Source of the DNA: Adineta vaga
Lineage: Eukaryota; Animalia; Rotifera
DNA: 64,000 nt
Direction of reading: 5' to 3'
NCBI GenBank assembly: GCA_021613535.1
Contig: CP075497.1
Location: 13,020,001 to 13,084,000, forward strand
Shown here: positions 37,773 through 50,021 of the stretch, in pieces
How the letters are laid out: every line of letters begins with the position of its first letter
Position numbering within the stretch: the first letter of the stretch is position 1
Made by a program: the position numbers and the translations under genes
Notes under the pieces: generated by a model
What the model saw: the letters and a program-made list of their open reading frames with translations, nothing else
Told to the model about the DNA's origin: nothing
Database searches by the model: none

Positions 37773-38947
37773 TATAGTTCAATATACTAAAATGAAATTT
37801 ACAGAAGAAAAGAAAACAATCTGATAGATCATTATGAGTAAAATATATTCATTCCATAAGTTTTGTTTTTATAATAAAAAAAACCGCATCGTTTTTTTTT
37901 TTTTCTTTTTTTCTTTCTAGTCAAAGAAAAAGAAACGATCGAACTTCTATATTATTCTCTCTTTGTTTGCTTGATTGCACAGGAAGCACAAAACTACATG
38001 GGTTCGATGTTAAAACTCGCAAATAGTACATTTCATTACTGCCGCAAATAAAATAACTATTTACTGTATCTAGACAACAAACATATACTTAACCATGAAA
38101 ACCATTAGAATCATTGATCGAATTACTTTTTCATATATTTTCAACCGATGAAATTACTTATGGTCGTTCTTTTTTCAAAGTTTAAATTTTGACTCTCGTT
38201 TCTTGTCTTTTCTTTCAATTATTTCGGTAGTGCTCAAATACAACTCTTTTATCGATACAAGGACACTTAGAAAGAATGTAAACATAAAGTGTATTCATAT
38301 TGACACTTTCATAATCAGTATGTCATCATATTCTCAGCAGATATCTCTAATAGTCTGACGTTTTGCTTGTAAAATTGTTAGTTATATGACAACATCAATG
38401 GACTGCCCGAAATTGATCCACTATGAGATATTAAGTGTTACATTAAAACTCGGCTATACATTCATACAAATAAAAAGAAAATCACCATCTTATATGTGTA
38501 ATCGTCACAACTATCGGAGAGGAGAGACACTTATTGATTAAAGAACGGAAAGAAGAAAAAAAAAAGAAATCCGATAGAATCATTGAGTATGTTACATGTT
38601 TCTTGTTCACCTCGAACATAACACAACGCATAGTAATGAGTTCATTCAATGTTAAGGATGACAGTCTGTGAATATAGATCATTATGTTGATGTTTTTCTT
38701 TAATCAACTGAATAAATCTTCAATGTCACTTGTAATTGATTGAAAATAAACAATCAATTCTTTTTTTTCTTTCAATCCTTAGAAATAAAACATAAGAAAA
38801 TGTAATTAACAACTGAAGAGAAATATAATGGATTTATCGTAACATTTATTTGATCAAAATCAAATGGAATAAAAAAAAATTTAACTATTCGACGGAATGA
38901 AATTGGAAATGAAAAGAGAATGTGATTAATTTTTAATAAGTTTATCT

Positions 38948-41585
38948 TTATTCTTCTAAAAATCCATGTAATAAATAAAATATAAAGAAAGGAATTAGTA
39001 GATTATTAATTGTATTTATTCTTCTTGCTAAATTAATTTCGAGATAAACTGAAACTGTTTCATCATTTTCATAAGAATATTGTCCCGTTTGATTATCTTG
39101 TATTGACACTGCAAAGATAACTAAATCTGTTGTGAATTTTTCTTGATTATATTCTTGTAATGTAATTGTATTTGTTCCTGATGTTTCATTAATAAATGTT
39201 AATTCTTGTTCAATACCATCAGAACCCATTAATTTTAAAATATCATAGATTTGTAAACGTAAAGTAACTTTTTCTTTTGAAGTACTTCGAATTGTATAAT
39301 TCATTTGAATTGTTTCACCTTCTGATACAATATATGGTTGATCAATTAATTCAATTGAAAAAATTGTTGGTGAAATTAATTGTTTTTCAATACGTTGAAC
39401 TTTTTCATTATTAGATAAAGAAAGAATTGTTTGAATTCGAAATGATTTATTTGGTACACGAATTCGTGTTAAAATTCCAAGTTGATCTGATTGATATGGT
39501 GTATAATTCGTTAAAATATTTCCTATTTGATCAATTAAAGATATTTGTACAGTTACAGGTTGAACATTTTCACATGTTGTTAATATAAGTAAATCACTAT
39601 CGATCAATGGTTCAGTAGTTAATTGAGTATAACCATTACTATCCACATTAAGATCAATTTCTTTTTGTAAACTTGATGTACAAATCAAACTAGTTTTGCC
39701 TTGAATTTGAACATCATGATTAAATATATTCGACAAATTCAATGTTGTTAAACGCCATATACCTACACTCGGTTGGATGATCTTCCACATATAAAGATGT
39801 TTTGTACGAATAAAATTTTGAGTTAATAAATATATTGTATTATCAGGTTTTCTTAATTCAATTTGATTAATATTATTAATTTCACCCATTGATGAAATAT
39901 CTAAATGTAATTCATTAATAGATGAATCAATATAAAATATTCCTGATGTTGATTTTGCTTTATACATAAATATGGATTGTAATCGAGTCCATTCTAATCT
40001 TCGAAGAATAAATTCTGCAATAACTGATCGATCTTCAATCGTTATTGGATAAGTTAATCCACCACTAATCGATGCTAAATCATTTCCATTCAATGGATCA
40101 ATTAAGTCTTGTTGAATTCTTGAAGATAATAATAATAATGATCGTTTTTTCATTTGTTCACCCATAAATGAATAAATAACAACATGTTTACTTCGAATTA
40201 AAGCACGTGCTTGATGTTTTAAATAAGCATCACGAGCTGATGAATCAGTAAATGTATAAATAATCGAACCATATTCACATTGTTTTAAACCTTCAATTAA
40301 ACTATGATAATATAATTCACCATTCGTTGTATTTTGTTGTTGACATGGAATTAGATTTTCAATTGCATTTATTAAATCATTTGGATTAAGAGAATTCACT
40401 ACTACTTCAGCAATCGTATCTGTAAATATGATTAGAATATAATTATGTGGTGCAAATTCTAATTGTTCATATTGATTAACAATATTCAAGGAAATATTCT
40501 TAGCTAAATCAACATAATTAGTTCTGGAACATGAAATATCAATAGAAATAACTAGACTATTTAAATTCTTTTTTAAAGTTAAAAATAAAGCAAATGCATC
40601 ATCACCAATTTGATTTCGAAATTCTTGAAGAATTTTAACTGTTCCTTGATAAGCCATATTTGCTGCTTGATAATGTAAATGACCATGAACAGAATCTAAT
40701 TTATCTTTATTAATTCCACCAATAGGTTCATCTGTTGATGAACCATCAAATGTTCCACCATGTGAACATTTTCCTATGGGTTTTTTTCCTAAAATAAGAC
40801 TCAAACCTTTCGGTATAAAATAACCTGTTGTTAAAATTTTCTTTTTCAAAATATTTTCATCTAAATTATCTTGTGTTTGACATGCTGAGCCCGTACAACT
40901 AATACATGTTCGCATTTCCGTTGGCGCATATTCAGTTTTTTCAAATATTCGTTGACCAAGAACATCATTTGGTGATGTTAAATTAAGTTCAATATAATTC
41001 GAATGACTATAAAAATCCTTTTATAAAACAGAACGAAAAAAAAAATTCAAATGAGATGAAGAGAAATCAATTTACTTGTAATGTATGTAACATTTCTCCA
41101 AAGGTTTTTCGTGCTTGATCATAATTATCTGCATTTTGAATACTATCAATCGATGCTTGATATCGTTTGAGAAGTAATTGTGAACCACCAACGAATCGTT
41201 CACTATCAAAATGACTCTCTGATTTAAACATTTCTTTTAAATCTGTTTTGGTATTCGATGAAGCAATAATTCGTATGGTTGTGATATATTGCCATGGATT
41301 AATACCAGATTGTTGATTTGCTTGTAAAAAACTAACGATATCTTTAACAATATTACTTTGACATTGACCATTTGTTTCATTAAATTTCCTTTCGAGATAA
41401 GAAGTATCAATATTTGATAAAGATCGTAAATAATCAATCGTTACACGACAAAGAGCACAGATAGTAATACTATAATGTGTGGTATCTTTTAATACACGAG
41501 TGGATTTTAATTCAAGAAAACCAGCATCAAATGCATATGTAATAGTCAATGTTAATAAAAATAAGAAAAAAATCGTTGACGACAT
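38948..41585 (-). CDS. VWA7: VWA7-like secreted/anchored protein (HET-C-like domain + vWA), 2 exons
   Basis: Signal peptide; HFDSE and GEMLHTLQ|DFYSHSNY (intron 41075-41018); KCSHGG..D, GGINKD; vWA DISCS and FTD; hydrophobic C-terminus. Confidence 0.85.
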
Positions 41586-42473
41586 GATTTGTTGACGAAA
41601 ATGAATGTGTTGTTCTCTTATACGAATACTTGTATTATTCATCATATGACTGCAGGAAAAAGAATTACTTACTTGTATGAAAGAAAAACAAAATTCCGTC
41701 GTTACTTGAGACCTGTTCGAATGCCGTTAATTACGAACTGTTGAGGAATCCTGTGTCCAATAAACTCAGAGAATATACGAAGATGACTTTCTAACAAACA
41801 CCAAGTTCAAGTAATGAATTTCCAGTGTTAATTGTCATTGAAACAGAACTTAATCCATGTCGAATATCATTTACATATAATTTTTCTCCATTATCCAATG
41901 AATAATTTGTTGTAACATGCGGCCATGCGAAAAGAGGAACAATCGAACCTACAATTGGTTTATAACTGTTATTCCAATTATTAATTGCTATTGCTCCAAA
42001 TATAGTTAATCCTATAATTAGTAAACACTATACATTGATTGATCACCAACTAAAAAACTACTAAAACTTATAATTGTACCACCAAAACTATTTATTGAAT
42101 GGAAATCGTATAAGGCCATGCATTTATTCCTAACCTTATTAATCCAGTTCTTTGAATATATACAATGATAAAATTGAAAGAGTTATTACTTGATTACTTC
42201 GTTCCGATGAACTATAAGTGTAAATCACTCCTGTTTCATTATTCGATAGAGGTTCACACTATATCAAAAAGATTATTTTTGGCATACGTTGAGGATAATC
42301 ATAAATAAATGCGTGTATGTTTTTGTCGTGGTCAAAAGGGTAAAAAAATTATTAGGTCGTTTAGAATGAATAATGAAAATATTGTTTTGCTTTAGTTTTA
42401 TTCATATCGTATTAGAATTAAAAGCTGAAGTTATTAAGAAAAGAAAAATAATCGTTTTGTCATATCCTAACGA

Positions 42474-45400
42474 TTACAAAGAAGGAGAATGTTCTGGAAC
42501 AGTTCTATTTGGAAAACGTCGCAAGAAATATTGACCAATATTCATTATGAGAGGAGCAATGATTTTGAGTGCAACAGGTAATCCGCCATAAAAACCAATG
42601 ATTGTTACTATAATATACAAGACATCAGAACGTTCTTGAATTAAATATCGACATGAATGAGGTGAACAAGTATGATAATAATTTTCATAAGAAATATTGA
42701 ATTTCCATTCATTAATCAACAAACGATCAACAAGATTTTGGACAGTTTCATTTGAAGAAGAAAGACTTGTATTCAATGGTGAAACAATAACATCTTGTAC
42801 AGAATAAAAATATTTCAATAGATTGATGCAACTAATATCATAAAGACATTCTAAAGTTGATTGAAGAAGAGAATCAATCACATAACAACCAATTCGAAAG
42901 CCAGGTATTGATGAATTTGCAATCTTTGCTGGTGAACTACACGTTGAATCTGTTGCACAAGAACAGTTGTTATTATTGCCATATGAACGTGGTTTTGTCC
43001 ACAAGAATGCCAAATCTTCTTTTCTTAATGTTTGAAAATACCAATTCGAATAAATCGATGAAAGAATTCCATTTCCTTGGCTCACCTCGCGAATAAAATT
43101 AAGTGTTAAAACAAATATTTTACATATTGATGAACGAAATCGTAAGATTGCATTTTCAGTTTGAGATTGAACGATTTCATAGGATTGAATTTGTTTATTT
43201 ATCAAAGTCTTTGAACTAAATCGAATTAAGTTATTTGTCACGATTGTCTTCACAGTATCACATAATGAAGATAATGTACGAAATTGTGGCAAAGCAAATA
43301 GACGATAATCATCATAAGTATGTTCATCATCGATCCCATACGAATAGAGTACGCTTGTCCAATTTGAATTCGGATCGGTAAAATCACTCGAACAAAGTTG
43401 ATGAAAATGAGGTTGAATTGAAATAAATGAGCTGTATGAAATAGTTATTTGTTGACAAAAACATTCTAATGTTGGAGAGATTCGAGAATCTAATCGAAGA
43501 CTATCAAATATCGATTGAGATGGATAATTAATTGTGATAAATTTAGTTTGAAGTGAAAATGAAGTGAAAATAAGAAGAATAAACACATTGCATAATAAAA
43601 GAAGAAAATAAATCCGAGTAGTTCTGATTTCTTTTTGACGACGTTGTTCATTTTGCCACGTTAATTCACTTTCAAAAATATTATATTCTTTCAGTTTTCT
43701 TTTCATTTTATTCAATATTTGACAGAAATGTTGACGACGACTTTGCTCATCAAAATCTAAATATAAAATACTTCGGACATATATACATATATATATTCTT
43801 TTCTAATCAGTTACTCGATGGATGAAGATTTGGTCGAGATCGATTTCGAACCCATCGAACAAGAAATGAAGTAAGAATTTTTAATGTGATTGAAACACCA
43901 CCAAATAAAGCAATTACAGATGTAATAATATAGACAAGATCACTATGTTTTGTAGTTGTAAAGACACAAGATATAGGAGCACATTTTTCATAATAACGAT
44001 CGAATTCAATTTTCTCACCCCATTTTTCAAGCATCAAGTCATTAAATATGAGTTCGATGGATGAATTGAGCGCATGTCGAGTTTGACTTTGATTGAGAGG
44101 AATCGTGTGAATAGATCGATTAGAATGAATCATTGTTTGAATCATATCTAAACAAGTTTCATTGTAGAAACATTCAAATGATGATTGAAGAACTGATTGG
44201 ACAGAGAAACAACCAACGAATAATCCCGGAATATTGAATAAGAGGTTTTTTGGATAATAAGAAGGTGGATTAGGATATTCATAGAATGCCACTGGAATAA
44301 TACAATCATCACTTAATGCACATGAACACTCATTCCATGTCATTGGAAGATAATGAAAATCAATATAAGGCTCCGAAGTATTCAATGATTTATAAGAAAC
44401 AGAATCTGCATTTGCCATAGCAACAGCGACTGTATTCATTGTATGCAAACTAATCATATTCAGGTTTTGCTTAAAGTTAGCAATAGTATCCAACTGAAAC
44501 TTATTTATTATTTCTTGAATCTGTTCGATCATTTCACCTTTAGATAATACCATTTCTGTAACATATAAAGAGTGTTTAAAATTCAACAAAGAATTTCTTA
44601 TTATTATTTCAGCATATGAGCATAAAGTTGCAATCACTTTGAAAATGACTTGACCAACTATTCGAAAATCATCGATGTCAAAGTAATAATCCTGCCAATT
44701 TAAAAATGACAATGAGAGTAACCAATCGAAAGATATGAATGAACTTGAACAGACTGGATGATATTCCGGTGAGAAAAATAAAAAATGTTCGTATGAAATG
44801 ATTGACTGTTTACATGGACATTTGACTCGATCTGAATATTCTATATGTAACTTTTCGAATGTAGTCTGCGATGGCTGAGAAATAGTAAAAGTTTGTGTAC
44901 GAACAGCTACGGATTCATAAATGATCAAAATACACATTGTTAAAACAAAAAGAATGATATAAATACGAGTAGCTATTCGTGCTGTTTGCAAGTCATAAGG
45001 ATTATTATGTGTAGCATCATATTTTTTAAACAAATTCATTTGTTTCAGTTTACCAGCAATTGAATGACTCAAGTTTCGGAGATAGTCGATGAAACGAGTT
45101 TCTAATATAAGAAAAAAAAGGAGAGTTTAGAGAATATTTCTTGAGAATGAGGAGAGGCGATGTCATTTTGTCAAGATATTCTGGAATTCAAGGAACTGCT
45201 TATAAAATGTCCAACACTGTGGAACAGGTGACTGTTTGAAACCAAGTCATTTCTAATGAGGGAAGGTCACCAATTTGAAAATTGCTTTCATGCCAAAACT
45301 TAGTGTGCTGTAGGCAATTGAAAACAACATTTGAAAATTTTTGGTGTTTTGGAAGCCTGGTTTTGAGAGAACCGGTCCTTTGGGATAGCATTAGCCGTCG

Positions 45401-46905
45401 AGACTATGATATTTGGATTCAGCATGGTCGATTACCTACAGCGTACTAAGTTTTGGCTCGAAATGGATTTTCAAGTTGGTGATCTTTCCTCGTAAGTAGA
45501 GACAAAACACTCGTACATAACTCAATCTTTTTGCTTCGACTATTGATACACAAACGTACATCTATTGAAAGATCAGTTAATCAAACTTACGATTATGAAT
45601 ATGATCTGTTGATGTATCATTTCGAATACACTTATAGAGTTTCATGAGAATCCGAGGAATGCAGAAACGAAGTACAATAACTAATCCACCATAAAATCCT
45701 AAGATTCGTGTTACAACATAAAGTATGTCGGCATATTGAACAAATGTATATGTGCATAGAACAGGTGCACATATACTATAATAACTCGAAAACGAAGTAT
45801 TGATTGCCCATTCTTCAATAAATAAGTTGTCGACAAGTGTACTAATAAGGGCATCAACTGAATATTTTGTTTTGTTTTTATTCAAATAGGTGATATTACT
45901 TGTATTGTTATGAGAAAAGAAATTGAGTATAAGATTTAAACATTGTAAGTCATAGAAACATTCAAGTGATGATTGAAGAAGTGATTCAAGTGCATAACAT
46001 CCAACAACAAATCCTGGTACTTTTGTTATTAATGATTGTGAAGATGTATAACCGATGAAATAGTCGGGTTCATAAGCTGATAAATTAAAAAAGCCAGAAA
46101 ACGATGACGAACAAGTAGATTCAATACCGCAATAGCAAATAGTATTATTTTGACCAGAAAAAAGATTCCAGGCCATAAGTGTAAATAGCAACTCAGCTTG
46201 AAGCACATATATTGAGCGCCTTGCTGAAGTTTGCATAGTGTCTTGTAACGTATTAGCAAAAGTTGTCCCACGAATTAATTGTAACAATTGAAGAAAATTA
46301 TTGCTTGTGGATGTTCGAATAAATGAACTTTGTAATTGACTTTGACCATCAAGTAAATCTGGTGAAAGAACAATTGGTGAAATAAAAGCATCGGACAGTA
46401 AATCTCGAATTTTTTCATTGAGAAATTCTTTTGAAAGTGAACATAATGATGAAAGAATTTGAAATTGTCCCATTGCTGATGATCGAAAATCAAGCGGATA
46501 ATAATAACTCATATTATAATTAAATAAAAGATTAATCCAATCATCACTAACAAATACACTTGAACAAATGGGATGATATTCAAGTGTTATATCAAGAAAT
46601 GATTCATATAAAATTGATATTTGTTGACATGGACATGTCAAAGTATGTGGGTATTGTTTGAGAAGAGTAGTAAAGTCTGATTGTGATGGATTTTGAATAA
46701 TAACAATACGATTTTGACCTTGAAATGCCAAATAAATAATAAGAATTGTTAAAAGTTTTGAGAAAATGATAATATAAATTCTTGTTGCTAGTTTTGCTTT
46801 GTTTTGATCAAAATTTTTTAAACGAATTATTTCTAATTCGAAGAAATTCAATTCACTTAATTTTTGTTTGATTTGACGAACAAAATTCATCATTACTTTC
46901 GTCAT
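42474..46905 (-). CDS. 1294-aa protein with three tandem TM/Cys-rich ectodomain/TM repeats, 3 exons
   Basis: Exons 46905-45591, 45101-43815 and 43756-42474 (3885 nt) are joined by two phase-1 GT-AG introns. Each repeat has TRIY-TM1, C.C, CSS, D(F/Y)R, PG...GC, LQS.(L/F)EC.Y, C.P..C and GG-TM2. Confidence 0.85.
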
Positions 46906-49530
46906 CTAACTAAACAACAATGAAAGAAAAACTTTCTTTTTCTTTTTAATTGAAGAACTATGTAGTTAACGCATGGTGTTTGATTTTGAAAAACTGGAAA
47001 CACACTTTCTAATTACTTGATGTCAGAACTAATGCTACAGCATGAAGCAATTCAAGTAAAGTGATGGAAGTCAGGAGTATTTTCTTAGACTACATATATG
47101 AAATAACAGAAGGACATGCAAGCATTATAATCACTTCATGAAATAGTTTGCAAAAAAAAAAGAAAAAGAAAAAGTTGGTTATAGTGGGTATAGAATGATG
47201 ATAAATAAAATCAAGAAAGTGGATGTTCGACGAGGAAGTATCAGGAAAAAAGAATATAGAATGTTTTATTGAAATTACTGTGATTTCTATCATAGCAGAG
47301 AAAACTTCTTGTACAAATGAATTATTAGATTTTGTCATTGATTTATATGCAGTAGAAAGTTTTAATCAATAATTCATTGAATCTGATGACACGATTAGGT
47401 TTAACTACCCAGGTCCAACAAAACGGCGTCGTAAAATGCCTTAGACGGTGAAAAATCGGTGATATAATACGTCGCTGCAATCCATTAACCCAGAAATTTA
47501 TAAACATATGGTGTAGAAAGGGTGTGGGTAATGGTTTCTTCGATGGACTTTCCATATGAAATGGCTGAACTCTATTTTGACGTTGTGCCATTGATAGATA
47601 GAAATTTAGTCAAACAAAAACATATTATGAAACTCTTCTAGTTGATGAAGAATAGTACGTGCTCAAAGCGTATTTGTTTTGTTTGAATGACAAACTTATG
47701 ATGATTTACTTTCTCTATCGAAACAGACAACATCACTTTGAACACGTTGGCTAACAAAATAAAGCACTAATAAAACAGGTAGTTCTACGTTCTTTCTTCT
47801 ATATAGATAACAATGCAATTCATGACAATTAAATCCAAATTTTGACTATACTAAAGAAAAAACAAACTGAAAGTTATATAGATCCAAAGAAATTTCAATG
47901 GATAGGATAGGCAAGATTGTAGTACAATAAGCGTACTTATGATGCTATAAAAATGTGCTCGTGATTACAGGGCGAAAGGGCCAGTTTACTGCCGTATAGA
48001 TACTGTTTTGTTACAATTTACACTCCGAAAACGCAGTGTACACGACTCCGTTTTGATCCATCTGGGATAACTCAGTTTTCTTTGTTATTTCATTCCTGTT
48101 TCAACTTTGTTGCCGGTGCCGCATCGCACAGATGAGCGTGGGAATAGAGTGTTATTGCATCCGCTGAAATAACCAGAAGTAGGACTTGTCTGAGGATTTC
48201 CTCACCTGTTTGTCAAAGTAATCATGTTTCTAAACTATGACGAAACTATCAATCTATAAAATTTAAAAAGAAAACACGTCATTTCGAGTTGTGCGACTAC
48301 GATTAAGTTTAGCTAAGTTTGATGGAAAATAGAGCTTGCACCGCCCACACTCTTTATTGATATAATCTCTTTTAATAAAAGCTTTTCATACTAAATTAAT
48401 TCTTTTCTGAAAAACTGATTTAGAACCCACAGATAATTATGAGGTGGTATTGTAGGTTTTAAAATTTTTGTAAGGCATTGCCATACCGCCGATCAAATCC
48501 TAGCTACACCACTACTTACATCAAGTTATTTCCTCATAATAGAGTACAGAGAAGTAGACAGATAATTCCGCCGGTTTGAAAACTGTAAGGTCTGAATGAT
48601 TCCATATTTTGAAAAAAGAGCTCATTCTCAAGAATGTTGCCTGGAATAATGCTAATGATATGTCGTGACTTTAGCCACATCGTCGAACTTGGATGACAAA
48701 CCAAAACATCCAAAAGACATTGAGTTCCGTTTTCTTGAATATTGTTATCATTGGATTCATATAAATAAAACATTTTGCTAACCGATTTTCAGTAGTAATA
48801 TTTCGTAGTTTTTCTATACAACTTCCTACTTAATCTTTAGGAAGAACATCATAAAGGAGTTTATGTCATGGAGAAATGAACTGAAATTATAATTAACATT
48901 TATCTAGAAATTATAGATGTTTTGTTTCCATTTTGATACAATCTAGAAGGCTGTGTCACATGATATAATCAAAACAAGAGTTATTTTCCAAGATAATCGT
49001 ATTTATATATTTTTTTTCAAAAAGGGCCAGCAAATCTCTAGGATGGGCGGCATAGTGGGGTTATCGATTAAAACGACTAGATGTTAGTTTGAGACGTTTG
49101 CTGTGAATAAATCGAGTCAAAGAAAAACACTTTTAAAGAAATAGCTAATTGATTCGGTTCAAGAACTCGACGAGGTCTGTATTTTATTCTAAGATAGATG
49201 ACCAACGTGACCACATCCTTTCAGTAAATGATCGGTGGAAGTGCGCCGCGTTACTATTCATATTTTCTGTTCTTTTTAAATTGTTTATTTGATTTGCATA
49301 TATAACAAGTGGGATGAAAATCCGACGCAATTTATCATATTGCTAGCAAAAAACTAAAAACTGCAGTTCTTCTTAGGCAACGTTTTATAACTGCAATTGT
49401 AATTGGATATGTTCTAGATCTCAAAATTGTTATTATGTCTGGAGGACGATAATACCTTAAGTTTTCTTACATAAGAGCTTGTTAACTTTTCTGAATATAT
49501 AATATGAACTTCAACGTTTTTTTAAACCTA

Positions 49531-49618
49531 TTGAGGGTGTGGGTGTGGGTGTGTGGGTGTAGATGCCTTCTCTTCGTTCTCAAAGACATCTACACCCGCA
49601 CCCACCCATATCTCGAGA
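49531..49618. repeat. Telomere-repeat hairpin element, long stem
   Basis: TTGAGGGTGTGGGTGTGGGTGTGTGGGTGTAGATG...CATCTACACCCGCACCCACCCATATCTCGAGA. Confidence 0.85.
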
Positions 49619-50021
49619 GAGACATATATGTTGACTTATATTCATGTACTGACAGCACACTCTTGGCGTGCAAGATAAGGTAGAACGAAAAGAGAGAATA
49701 CTGAAAAAAGAAAGAAAAAAAGACGTATTGAGTGAGATGTTGGCTTTGATCTTAATTCAGTAGAATACAGATATCGAAGAGCGTACTTCCGATGAGTTTC
49801 TTTGTTTACTGGCATTCATCTTCTCGAGTCAATATGCCTAAGAGTGGTCAGAGCTTATTTTACTAATATCAACGACAAAATCTTTGAAATATTCATTTTG
49901 CCTGTCAGCACTGTTATCTCTCCTTCTTTCTCTGTGTATGTTTATGTCAGCCAAGGACATAATAAAACACGTTAGTTTGATATCACACCGTTTTTTCTGA
50001 AGATAGATTAGTCTATTCCAA

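Noticed and set aside
41700-42170. Possible small minus-strand gene (LLIIGLTIFGAIAINNW...)
   Set aside because: Could not build a consistent start and splice model.
45258-45492. Imperfect 24-bp inverted repeat in the long intron of the triple-repeat gene
   Set aside because: Probably a MITE remnant, but ends and TSD cannot be defined.
47090-48800. Short ORFs as genes or transposase pieces
   Set aside because: No recognisable motifs or consistent splice structure.
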